The position numbers were made by a program, and so were the translations under genes. The notes below the pieces were generated by a model that did no database searches, was not told the origin of the DNA, and saw nothing but the letters and a program-made list of their open reading frames with translations. A stretch of DNA of 57,133 bases, from positions 1 through 57,133 of the forward strand of contig JABWBI010000001.1 in the NCBI GenBank assembly GCA_013360565.1, written 5' to 3'. The DNA is from Candidatus Sumerlaeia bacterium. GTDB taxonomy: Bacteria > Sumerlaeota > Sumerlaeia > JABWBI01. Within the stretch, counting starts at the first letter, position 1. Each line of letters starts with the position of its first letter. Below are positions 45,958 to 54,274 of the stretch, one piece after another.

Positions 45958-47409
45958 TCAGTCCCGACGCCCCCGTTCGCGGCGGCGGTCGAGCGCCTCT
46001 TCCGCGCCGTCAATCGCGGCTCGGACCCGCTGCCGGAAACGATCGAGTGCTCGCTGCGCCTGGCCCTGCGATGTCGATCTCTGTGACGACTCAACTTGCC
46101 GACGCTCTGTTTGCGCGGGAGATGATGGAGATCTCGAGGGAGACTCCGCCCTCACGCGGGGCCGAACCCCGGCAGGCGGCGAGGGCCCGCTCTCATCCGC
46201 TGCCAGCGCTGCTTGGCGAGGTCTCCGAGGAGCTTCGGCGGCCTCCGCAGTTCGCTGCGGACCCTCCGTCGTCTCCGCCACGCGGATTTCCGCTGAGGCC
46301 GGGAGAGCCAACAGTGACATCATCCCCCCGCGGACCTTCTCCTTGCCGTGAAGGCTCTTCTTCCATCCGGCATGAAGCTGGTGAAGCCGCGTGTGCTCCA
46401 AGGGCGCCCAACTCGAAGGCACAGTGTCGTCCCCCCTCGGAGACCGATTCCAGGGCATTGCCACCGCGGAGAAGATCACCAGTCCCGAGAGGAGCGCCAG
46501 TGCCACCATCGCGCCTCGACGGTGTCGCGGAATCTTCTCACCGCCCGTGAGGGCCCTCGCCAGCTCCGCTGCCGATGAAAACCGCCGTGACGGCTGGGGT
46601 TCGAGGCACCGGCGGACAACGCGCCAGAGAGCTTCAGGGCACCCGGGGATCGGAGAAGGCATCGATCGGGACTGGTCCCGGAATGGCGGCTCTCCGGCCA
46701 GCAGATGATAGATCACACACCCGAGCGAGTAGAGGTCCGAGCGTGCATCCACCGGCCCGCCGGCAATCTGCTCCGGGCTCGCATAGGCCAGGGTAGCCGC
46801 GAGCGGCGGCTGCGCATCTCCTCCTCCGCTCTCCACGCTGAGGCGTGAGATCCCGAAATCCATGATCTTCACACGGATCCCGGAGAGGTTCAGCGCGACC
46901 GCGGGCCCGTCGACTCCGGCGGCCAGCATCAGATTCGATGGCTTGAGATCGAGGTGAATCACCCCCTCGCCATGGACGCACTCGAGGCCCTCACACACCT
47001 GAACGGCAATCTCCCGGACCTCTTCCGGCGAGAGGCGCCCGCGCACTACAAGCAGCTGCGAGAGCGTCGGTCCCCGGACCAGCTCCATGACCAGGAACGG
47101 CTCCCCCCCCTCAGCGTCGAGCGTGTGGAACCGGACGAGCCGTGGATGGGAGAGCGACAGCAGAATCCGCGCTTCGCGGAGGAGCTCCGAACGCGCCTCC
47201 GCACTGTCACCCAGGGCCCACGGCAAGAACTTCAGCGCGACCGGATGACCATTGAGGCGGGTGTCCTGAGCCTCCCAGACTGCCCCGAATCCTCCCTCGG
47301 CCAGTGGGCGCACGAGGGAGTACCGGCTCGCCACCAGCCGACCAGCCGCCGGAGGCGCCGGGTGAGCCAGCCGCACGGTGTCCTTGTCGAGCGCGCAATC
47401 GTTGCCCAT
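45958..47409 (-). CDS. Ser/Thr protein kinase, single-pass membrane, low-complexity C-terminus
   Basis: Motifs GEGGFGAVW, VALKFL, HPRLVRF, the catalytic loop IHLDLKPSNLM, DFGISR, and SPEQ. A TM segment GAMVALALLSGLVIFSAVA follows the kinase domain. Confidence 0.9.
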   Translation of the reverse strand: MGNDCALDKDTVRLAHPAPPAAGRLVASRYSLVRPLAEGGFGAVWEAQDTRLNGHPVALKFLPWALGDSAEARSELLREARILLSLSHPRLVRFHTLDAEGGEPFLVMELVRGPTLSQLLVVRGRLSPEEVREIAVQVCEGLECVHGEGVIHLDLKPSNLMLAAGVDGPAVALNLSGIRVKIMDFGISRLSVESGGGDAQPPLAATLAYASPEQIAGGPVDARSDLYSLGCVIYHLLAGEPPFRDQSRSMPSPIPGCPEALWRVVRRCLEPQPSRRFSSAAELARALTGGEKIPRHRRGAMVALALLSGLVIFSAVAMPWNRSPRGDDTVPSSWAPLEHTRLHQLHAGWKKSLHGKEKVRGGMMSLLALPASAEIRVAETTEGPQRTAEAAEAPRRPRQAALAADESGPSPPAGVRPRVRAESPSRSPSSPAQTERRQVESSQRSTSQGQAQRALDRFRQRVRAAIDGAEEALDRRRERGRRD

Positions 47410-47414
47410 GCCAC

Positions 47415-47438
47415 AGATCAGAAACCCGCCGCGGCGGG
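47415..47438 (-). terminator. GC hairpin plus short T tract between tRNA-Pro and the kinase start (possible terminator or attenuator)
   Basis: The minus strand reads GACCCGCCGCGGCGGGTTTCTGATCT. The palindrome CCCGCCGCGGCGGG lies at 47425-47438, flanked by the outer complementary arms AGATCAG / CTGATCT. It ends only about 6 nt before the kinase ATG at 47409. Confidence 0.35.
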
Positions 47439-47502
47439 TCCTCTCCTGATCTGCTCATCGGCTGCGGCGGATCAGCACTTTTGCCCGAAAGGGAGGCAGA
47501 GG

Positions 47503-47578
47503 TGGTCGGGGCGACTGGACTCGAACCAGCGACCTCCTGAACCCCATTCAGGCACGCTACCAACTGCGCCACGCCCCG
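47503..47578 (-). tRNA. tRNA-Pro (anticodon GGG), CCA encoded
   Basis: Manual cloverleaf of 76 nt: acceptor CGGGGCG/CGCCCCG, D arm GCGC-AGTTGGTA-GCGT, anticodon arm CCTGA-ATGGGGT-TCAGG (GGG followed by G37), variable AGGTC, T arm GCTGG-TTCGAGT-CCAGT, then A-CCA. Confidence 0.9.
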
Positions 47579-47598
47579 ACCAGGGGTGCAAACGCTGA

Positions 47599-47970
47599 TC
47601 AGGCCGCAGCCGTGGGCTGGCTGTCAAGCAGAGAGAGCAGCGCGCAGATGTCGCGGCGAAGGGCGCGGATGTTCTCGACATCCACCGCCTTCTTGGCGGC
47701 AGCGTGCGCGGCCTCCTGGCGCAGGGCCCGCTTGGCGCCGGCGATGGTGTAGCGCTCCTCATAGAGGAGCCGCTTGATGCGCTCGATGAGCTGGATGTCC
47801 TGGCGCGTGTAGCGCCTCTGATCGCTCATGTCCTTGCGCGGGGAGAGCTGGCGGAACTCGCTCTCCCAGTAGCGCAGAACGTGGGGCTTGACGCCGGTCA
47901 TCTGCGCGACCTCTTGGATTCGGTAGAACAGCTTGTCGGCGGCCGGAGCCGCCTCGAGTGAGAGTGCCAT
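47599..47970 (-). CDS. MerR-family transcriptional regulator
   Basis: ATG at 47970 with GAGGTGG upstream. The helix-turn-helix is FYRIQEVAQMTGVKPHVLRYWESEF..L.P.......RRYTRQDI. The stop is 20 nt from the tRNA-Pro 5' end. Confidence 0.85.
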   Translation of the reverse strand: MALSLEAAPAADKLFYRIQEVAQMTGVKPHVLRYWESEFRQLSPRKDMSDQRRYTRQDIQLIERIKRLLYEERYTIAGAKRALRQEAAHAAAKKAVDVENIRALRRDICALLSLLDSQPTAAA

Positions 47971-48284
47971 GGTCACCACCTCGTGTCCTGGGTTCAGCGT
48001 TGTCAGCGTGTGAGCTGGGAGCGGGTGCAACGGTCAGCGCGGAGCGTCAACCGGTGGTGAATCGGGATGATTCGAGGATGCGTTGAGACTGTGTCATCAC
48101 CTCCTTCGGCCAGAGCGGGCGGCGGCAGGAGCAGTTCTGAGGTGATGCCGGCTTGAAGCGATTTCGCCCGCTGGGTGTGGAACAAGGGCATAATCAGCGA
48201 TCTGGCGGGCTGCAAGCGGAAATTGACAAAAGTGGCCCTGAGGGGGGCCCGCGCGCTCCTCCCGCCCCCGCCGGGGCGACGATC

Positions 48285-49253
48285 TCAGCTGGCAGAGCGG
48301 CTTCCGGCGCGATCCCACAGCTCATCCATCCCACGCTCGACCGCTCGCGTGAGAAGCCCAACGAGGCCCATCTCAAGAATCAGGATGGCGAGGTGCATCG
48401 TGAGATACATGAGAAAGTGGTGGAGCGGCGAGGCCAGCTGCAGACGCCACGCCGACTGCGTCGCCGTCCCAGGGGGAAACGTCCAGATCGCCATTGGATT
48501 CACGAGGGAGACGACGCCCTGCACCTGGGCGATGAGCCACAAGCTGCCGCCCATCGCGGCGCGGACGCACAGGAGAGCGATGAGCGCCCGGCCGAAGTCA
48601 CGCTGACGTGCGGTCAGGCGGAGAAGTACCCAGGCCCAGAAGAGCAAATAGACGCCGTAGCCCATGAGAGCGATCGAGCCGGCCAGAATATTGTGGCTGA
48701 GCACGACGGCCGGTGTCGCCACGGGGTCGGTCAGGAACGTGATCCGCCCCGGACGCCGCACGAGCCAGAGCAGACTCTCGCCCGGATCAGCCACGCGGTT
48801 GGCAACCACCACCGCATGGACCCACTGTGCTCCTTCACTGAGCACCCAGACGGCGGCGATGGGCCCCAGAGCCACGGCCACCAAGTGGGGCGGCCCCAGG
48901 GGCGTGGCGACGAGCGAGGAGCCCAGCGGGGTCTCTCGCACGGCGCGCCAGAGCACGGCCAGCCCCAGAATCAAGAGGAGAAGCTCCAATCCATTGCCAT
49001 GGACCCAGATCGCCGCGTGATAGACCCACCGCTCCCACCACACCGCGGGAGTGGTCTGCGTGTGGAGGTGGAGAAGAGAGGCCCGGACGGCCCCCCGCCC
49101 GGCGAGGACCAGCGCGACGAGACCAATGGCAACCGACGCCGGTGAGCGAAAGACCCTCCGGTCTCCCCAGACCCCCCAGACCGGCCGCCAGAGCGGGTTG
49201 CCGGCGATCAGGCCGACCGGTGGGTGCCCGGACGAGATCGCCTCCTCAGGCAT
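48285..49253 (-). CDS. Polytopic membrane protein, function unknown
   Basis: 322-aa ORF with about 8 hydrophobic segments. It overlaps the NfeD stop by 8 nt. Competing frames are Arg/Gly/Pro junk. No family recognised. Confidence 0.5.
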   Translation of the reverse strand: MPEEAISSGHPPVGLIAGNPLWRPVWGVWGDRRVFRSPASVAIGLVALVLAGRGAVRASLLHLHTQTTPAVWWERWVYHAAIWVHGNGLELLLLILGLAVLWRAVRETPLGSSLVATPLGPPHLVAVALGPIAAVWVLSEGAQWVHAVVVANRVADPGESLLWLVRRPGRITFLTDPVATPAVVLSHNILAGSIALMGYGVYLLFWAWVLLRLTARQRDFGRALIALLCVRAAMGGSLWLIAQVQGVVSLVNPMAIWTFPPGTATQSAWRLQLASPLHHFLMYLTMHLAILILEMGLVGLLTRAVERGMDELWDRAGSRSAS

Positions 49254-49815
49254 CCGGCTGGCGGCTCGCGCGGACGACCACCCGCGTTCCGTCGATGGCC
49301 ACCACCTCGACCGGCGTTCCGCTCTCGATGTACTCGCCCCGCGTCACGACGTCGAGCCGGTGCTCGCCGAACCGGGCGGCCCCGGCGGGGTGAAGGTCCG
49401 TGAGGGCCAGCCCTCGGTCGCCGGCCTTCACCGCGGCTTTCGCGCGCTGCTCGCCGGTGATGGCCCCGAAGTCGCGGCCCGGACTGGGCGTGAGGAAGAT
49501 CCACTGGCTGAAGCGCGAACGCGGCAACTGCCGCCATCCGAGTATGATGGCGATCATCGACGCGACGATGCCGATGGCGAGGACCAGGAGTGCCGTCTGC
49601 CCGCTGTGCTCGAGGAGGGCCGTCACCACCGCGAAGAGAATGCACACACCTCCGATCGCGCCGATGAACCCTCCGGGGATCATCGTCTCCAGGAAGATGA
49701 GTCCGATGCCCACCACCATCAGCAGGATGATCGTCAGCCCCGAGCCCGCCTGGGCCAGGGCTTCGGGCGAAGCTTCCGGCGCCGTGACCGCCGCGAGAGT
49801 CAAGAGATGCACCAT
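49246..49815 (-). CDS. NfeD-family membrane protein
   Basis: N-terminal TM bundle (GLTIILLMVVGIGLIFLETMIPGGFIGAIGGVCILFAVV...) plus a C-terminal OB-like domain (GDRGLALTDLHPAGAARFGEHRLDVVTRGEYIESGTPVEVVAIDGTRVVV), typical of NfeD. Confidence 0.75.
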   Translation of the reverse strand: MVHLLTLAAVTAPEASPEALAQAGSGLTIILLMVVGIGLIFLETMIPGGFIGAIGGVCILFAVVTALLEHSGQTALLVLAIGIVASMIAIILGWRQLPRSRFSQWIFLTPSPGRDFGAITGEQRAKAAVKAGDRGLALTDLHPAGAARFGEHRLDVVTRGEYIESGTPVEVVAIDGTRVVVRASRQPDA

Positions 49816-49875
49816 GGGGCTCCGTCCTCAGCTGAGAGATTGCGCGCCGGACGCTCGCACAGTCCACCTGAGCAT

Positions 49876-50721
49876 TCAAGCCTGGTCCGCGGACTCCAAG
49901 CGGCGGGCGCACCGATGCGCCAGCGCGCGGAAGAGGAGCGCCAACGAGACCAGTGTCACCGGATACACACACCAACCGGCGTACGCCCCGGCGACGATGC
50001 GCGCGGGAAGTGACCAGGTCTCCGGCCAACTGCCCTGCAGCCGGAGTGCGGCGGCGTACTGAAACAGGCTCACGCCTCTCATGAGCCCGTAGCGAAGCGC
50101 GACAGCGATGACGAGTGCCTTCAGGATCGGGCCGGCCCCGCGGAGGCCGCTCAGAAGGGCCCACTCGCAGAGCCAGCGCAGGCACCAAGCCCAGAGGCCG
50201 GCCAGCACCGGTGACAGGGCAAAGCACACCCACCAGACACGCCCCGCCCATGCGCGGGCCTCGCCGCCTCCCCACGTGCTGAACGTCTGCGTCCCGGGCG
50301 TCAGAACCGGAAACACCTCGGGCCACTGCGCCTGCACGGCGCTGATCTCGCGCCAAGACAGAGTCTGGTGAGTGCCGGCCTGGACCGCCACTGAGACGAA
50401 CCACGTCAGCCAGATGGGGACAAGCATGGCGCGTCGCAGCGAGGCATCCGAGTGTCCCGCCAGTCTCCACTGCCACCCGAGCAGGCTGACTTGGGACCTG
50501 CGATGAGCGTGGGCCACTGCGACCATCGCCGCGATGAGAGGCACCTGCGCCAGAGCGAAGCGCGCCGGGTTCGACGGGACGCCGCGCCCGAGAAGCAAGA
50601 CCAGGCCCGCGGAGGCGGGAATCAGCCAGAGCGGCGCGGTCACCAGCCGCCGGTCACTCCAGAGGCCGTGGAGGAGACCGTGCAGATGGGGCACGGCCAT
50701 CCGGCTCAGTCTGGCCGCCAC
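49876..50721 (-). CDS. Trp-rich polytopic membrane protein, function unknown
   Basis: 281-aa ORF with 6-7 hydrophobic segments, first gene of a three-gene minus-strand set with NfeD. No family recognised. The start is uncertain. Confidence 0.5.
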   Translation of the reverse strand: MAARLSRMAVPHLHGLLHGLWSDRRLVTAPLWLIPASAGLVLLLGRGVPSNPARFALAQVPLIAAMVAVAHAHRRSQVSLLGWQWRLAGHSDASLRRAMLVPIWLTWFVSVAVQAGTHQTLSWREISAVQAQWPEVFPVLTPGTQTFSTWGGGEARAWAGRVWWVCFALSPVLAGLWAWCLRWLCEWALLSGLRGAGPILKALVIAVALRYGLMRGVSLFQYAAALRLQGSWPETWSLPARIVAGAYAGWCVYPVTLVSLALLFRALAHRCARRLESADQA

Positions 50722-50751
50722 TTTGTCTCTTGACTCCGCGGGGTGGCGTGC

Positions 50752-52581
50752 TCAAGCATCGGTGTTCGGCCGTGCCGAAGTGGCGGAATTGGCAGACGCG
50801 CACGATTCAGGGTCGTGTGGGCGTACGCCCGTGCGGGTTCGACTCCCGCCTTCGGCACCACTCCTCGCCCACTCCACCGACCGCACCAACTCGCTGATCT
50901 GCCTGTACACGTCCCGGAAGTCGGCCTCATCTCCGCCGAAGGGGTCCCGCACCTCCTCCAAACCCCGGCCGCTCAGGGCTCCCAGGAGGTGCACCTTTCG
51001 CCGCGCCTGCGGAAAGGCTGCGAGTACGCTTCGCCGGTTGCTCTCGTCGAAGACGAGGATCACCCCGGCCTCGTCCACCATGCGCCCCGTGAGGACCGAC
51101 GAGCGATGTCCATCCAGCGAAAGCCCCATCTCCCGCGCCACCTCGCACGCCACCGCAGGACTCGCGCGCCCCGGCACAGGGAAGGTCCCTGAAGAAGCCA
51201 CCTTCACACGATCCGGCCAATTGGCGCGGGCGCAGATCTCCGCGAAAGGACTCCGGCAGATATTTCCGAGGCAGACGAAGAGGACCGGCCCGGAGGCGGC
51301 GAGTGCATCACGGGCCCGCTGCTCGAGGCGGCTGCGGAGTGGAGGCAACTTCGATGTCCTCCGTTTCACGTGGTTCTTCGCCGCCCGCCACGCGCTACCG
51401 AGGAGTCGGCCCACCTCCACGAAGCCGGGCCTCAGGTCGTCGAGCACGAACGTGTCGCTCCGCTCGCGGAGCAGCAGGAGATGTCTGACCTCGGCCGCCA
51501 CCCGCCACAGCGGGCGTGTCGCGAGCGTCGGATCACGCTTGTCCGCCCACAGGTTGGTCCACTGCCACTTGAGATCGCTCTTCAAGTTGCGGCAGTGCAG
51601 ATTGAGCCGGTAGTCCTGCGGGAATTCGCGGCGGCCCTGGGTGAGCAGATCATACAGTGCCGCGGGGAAATCGGCACCCGCAGCGACGGCCAGCGGAAGC
51701 GACCCCCAGAAGCGTCCGTTGATTTCGATGAGCGTGAACTCCCCCGTCCGTGGATTCACCTTGAACTCGACCATCGCGACGCCCGTGTAGCTCAGAGCCC
51801 GCATCAGAGATCGAGCCGCTTCCCCCAGCGCGGGCGTGACGGCGACACTCCGTCGGTAGGAGCTGCCACCGCCCGACAGCGGTTCATGGACGCGCTCGTG
51901 CTGAAAGATCATGAGGACCTCCCCCTCGGCGGCGAGCAGCTCCACACCCACCCCGAGGCCGGCGAAATTCTCCTGCACCTGCACGGGGCCGCGGGCCAGC
52001 AGATGGCAGATCGTCTGCTCCGCCTCCTCGCGTGTGAAAACGCGCCGGACCCAGTTGCGGCTGAAGAGCCGGTCGGCACTGAACGAGGCCCGCGGCTTGA
52101 CCACCACCGGCATCGCCAGGCGGGCCAGCGCGGCGTCGATCTCGTTTGCGCTTGTCACCGTGGCGCTCACCGGGACGGGCACGCCGAGCGACTGTGCGAG
52201 CTCATGCGTCTTGATCTTGTCGAACGTGACGTCGAAGACCTCGTCGCTGAGCAGATAGACTCTGGCGTGGGATTCGAAGTCCCCCCGGTTTCGCTGGAGC
52301 GGGATGAGCGTGGGGTCATCTGTCGGCACGACCAAGGCGAAGCGCTCGCGCCGCAGAAGTTCGATGAGCGAGGTCTTCCACGCTTCATCGCGGGGGCCGG
52401 GATGGGGAATCTCGTGGCGCACCGTGATGTGCCGCGATGTCGCTGCCACCGCATCGGCGGGGCACCAGCCCGTGTGGACTTCGAGCCCACGCCGCCCGAG
52501 CGACCGGACGACCGTCAGAAACGAGCGCGTGTCGTGTCCGAGCACGAGCACCTTCCCGCGCGCTGGTGATGCGGCATTCAC
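50752..52581 (-). CDS. Fusion protein: N-terminal ATP-grasp enzyme (COG3919-like) and C-terminal low-molecular-weight protein-tyrosine phosphatase (Wzb-like)
   Basis: GTG at 52581 overlaps the upstream stop (GTGA). N-terminal GKVLVLGHDTRSFLTVVRSLGRRGLEV and an ATP-grasp core (VVKPR, GVAMVEFKVNPRTGEFTLIEINGRFWGS). The C-terminal P-loop VLFVCLGNICRSPFAE (Cys codon at 51271-51273) and VRDPFGG form one uninterrupted frame. Confidence 0.8.
   Translation of the reverse strand: MNAASPARGKVLVLGHDTRSFLTVVRSLGRRGLEVHTGWCPADAVAATSRHITVRHEIPHPGPRDEAWKTSLIELLRRERFALVVPTDDPTLIPLQRNRGDFESHARVYLLSDEVFDVTFDKIKTHELAQSLGVPVPVSATVTSANEIDAALARLAMPVVVKPRASFSADRLFSRNWVRRVFTREEAEQTICHLLARGPVQVQENFAGLGVGVELLAAEGEVLMIFQHERVHEPLSGGGSSYRRSVAVTPALGEAARSLMRALSYTGVAMVEFKVNPRTGEFTLIEINGRFWGSLPLAVAAGADFPAALYDLLTQGRREFPQDYRLNLHCRNLKSDLKWQWTNLWADKRDPTLATRPLWRVAAEVRHLLLLRERSDTFVLDDLRPGFVEVGRLLGSAWRAAKNHVKRRTSKLPPLRSRLEQRARDALAASGPVLFVCLGNICRSPFAEICARANWPDRVKVASSGTFPVPGRASPAVACEVAREMGLSLDGHRSSVLTGRMVDEAGVILVFDESNRRSVLAAFPQARRKVHLLGALSGRGLEEVRDPFGGDEADFRDVYRQISELVRSVEWARSGAEGGSRTRTGVRPHDPESCASANSATSARPNTDA
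50774..50860 (+). tRNA. tRNA-Leu (anticodon CAG), CCA encoded
   Basis: Manual fold of 87 nt (class II): acceptor GCCGAAG/CTTCGGC, D region GCGGAATTGGCAGACGC, anticodon arm CACGA-TTCAGGG-TCGTG, long variable arm GGGCG-TA-CGCCC, T arm GCGGG-TTCGACT-CCCGC, then A-CCA. Confidence 0.92.
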
Positions 52582-53570
52582 TGGTCGAAGCGCTCGCGGA
52601 ACCCGGCCAGCGTGGCGCCCGTGAAGTGCTGTGCGATCTGTTCGAAGAGAGGCTCGAGGTCCTCGCCGTAGAGCCGGTCAATGTCGCGTTCGGTGCGAAA
52701 GTACGGCCCCCCGCCGGGCATGAGCTCGGAGGAGTGCGTCGTAAACTGCAGGTGCAGGCGCCCTTCGGCGACCACCCGCTCAACGATGCGGCGGAGCGAC
52801 GCCCCGTTGCGGCCATTCGGCTGAAGCCAGTGCGCGGCGGGGGCCAGGCGTTTGGCGACCCGGCGCAGTGTCCGGACGCCGTGCACCACCCGGTGGATGC
52901 GCCTCACGAGCCCGCTCTCCGACGGCAGGATCGTCATAGGCACTTCCAGGAGCCCCGACACCCCCGCCCGTGAAATGTCATCCAGATCGAGGAAGTAGGG
53001 CTCCTCCGGGAAGCCGCGGAAGTCCTGGCCGCCGTGCTGTGACGGATCGCCCCCGTCGTGCTTCCAAGAGACGTGCGGCGTCACGGAGCAGTCCACCCGA
53101 TATCCCCGCTGCGCCAGAATCCGGGCATACCGGGCATCGAGGCCCCATCGCCCTGCCCGGTGACTGACGACGGGGCGCTGAAACGTCTGCTCGAGGAGGT
53201 CCGTCATCACATGGACTTTCTCACGCATCACCTCGCCGGGAAACTCGAACAGATACGGATGGAAGGTGAAGTCGTCCGCCGTGAGCGGCTTGATGGGGGG
53301 GCTGTTCCAGGAGTGGAGGTGCATCCCCACCTCGGCCGTGCCGCGGGCGAGCGCGTCACGCGCGAACGCCTGAAAGACGGGCGACTGCGCCATCTCGAAG
53401 TTCGTCAGGTAGGTGGGCCTGAATGCGAAGCGATCGCACAGGGCCTGGAAGCGGGGAAGGAAGGCCGCGTTCCGCGTGGTGATCTCCCGCGGGCGCGCCC
53501 AGAGATTGTCGCCCTCGGTGTCGATGGTGATGAGAAAAGCGGGGCGAGCAGGGTATTCCGAAGCCGTCAT
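52578..53570 (-). CDS. Polysaccharide deacetylase-like (CE4/WalW-type) protein
   Basis: Motifs FLITIDTEGDNLW (D-x-E), VGMHLHSWN (HxH metal motif), SHRAGRWG. Translationally coupled to the ATP-grasp::PTP gene. Family call from memory. Confidence 0.7.
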   Translation of the reverse strand: MTASEYPARPAFLITIDTEGDNLWARPREITTRNAAFLPRFQALCDRFAFRPTYLTNFEMAQSPVFQAFARDALARGTAEVGMHLHSWNSPPIKPLTADDFTFHPYLFEFPGEVMREKVHVMTDLLEQTFQRPVVSHRAGRWGLDARYARILAQRGYRVDCSVTPHVSWKHDGGDPSQHGGQDFRGFPEEPYFLDLDDISRAGVSGLLEVPMTILPSESGLVRRIHRVVHGVRTLRRVAKRLAPAAHWLQPNGRNGASLRRIVERVVAEGRLHLQFTTHSSELMPGGGPYFRTERDIDRLYGEDLEPLFEQIAQHFTGATLAGFRERFDQ

Positions 53571-53693
53571 GGACGTGACTCTGGGGGCATTTCACGGCGG
53601 ATTCGGCGCATGTCAACATCCGCCTGCCCAGCGGGCCTTGACCTCGTCACCACTCGAAGGGTAACCAGGGGTTCCACGGAGGCCCCCGATTCC

Positions 53694-54152
53694 ATGAACA
53701 TCGATCTGCTCGCACTCGTCATGCGCTGGGCCCACATCCTTGCCGCCATCACCGCCGTCGGAGGCTCGATCTTCCTGCGTTTCGTCCTCATGCCGGCCAT
53801 GGCGGCCACGGCCGGGCCCGAAGAGCAGGGGCGCCTGCGGGGCGCGCTGCTCGGCCCCTGGCAGCGAATCGTCCACGTCTGCATCGCTCTGCTCGTCATC
53901 AGTGGATTCTACAACTACCTCGTCATCGCACGCCACGCCCATGAGGGCCAGGCCCTCTACCATGCTTTGGCAGGTGTCAAGATCCTGCTCGCCTTTGCCG
54001 TGTTCTTCCTCGCCATCGCCTTGACCTCGCGCCGCGACGGCTTCGCGGCCATCAAGGCTCAGCGCGCCCGGTGGACCGGAGTTCTCATCGCCCTGGCCGT
54101 CGCCGTCGTGCTCCTCTCCGGTGTGCTCCGCTCGCTCCCGGCCACCGGCTGA
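53694..54152 (+). CDS. Small 4-TM membrane protein (CopD/DUF2214-like), function unknown
   Basis: ATG at 53694 with ACGGAGG upstream. MRWAHILAAITAVGGSIFLRFVL is followed by three more TM segments. The 5' 212 codons of the track ORF 53058..54152 are antisense to the deacetylase gene. Confidence 0.6.
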   Translation: MNIDLLALVMRWAHILAAITAVGGSIFLRFVLMPAMAATAGPEEQGRLRGALLGPWQRIVHVCIALLVISGFYNYLVIARHAHEGQALYHALAGVKILLAFAVFFLAIALTSRRDGFAAIKAQRARWTGVLIALAVAVVLLSGVLRSLPATG

Positions 54153-54176
54153 TCCACCGGCCGGGCGTCAACTCAT

Positions 54177-54207
54177 GAGCCCCCGCCTCCCGGGGAGGTG
54201 AGGGCTC
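54177..54207. terminator. Imperfect GC hairpin between convergent genes (possible bidirectional terminator)
   Basis: GAGCCC-ccg-CCTCC-cgg-GGAGG-tga-GGGCTC. There is no clear U tract on either strand. Confidence 0.3.
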
Positions 54208-54274
54208 AAGAGTGGGTCGGGTCCCGATGAAGGGCCCGGCCCCGTGACGCCGATGAAGGGTGCCCCGAGAGGTC

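Noticed and set aside
49051-50476. ORFs 49051..50013(+) and 49208..50476(-)
   Set aside because: Their translations are Arg/Gly/Pro/His-rich and overlap the NfeD operon. The hydrophobic membrane-protein frames are more credible.
47410-50870. Genomic island or integrase next to tRNA-Pro or tRNA-Leu
   Set aside because: No integrase, recombinase, direct repeat of the tRNA 3' end, or phage or transposon gene is visible on either side of the two tRNAs.
51370-52569. 399-aa plus-strand ORF
   Set aside because: It is antisense to the ATP-grasp::PTP gene, with no motifs.
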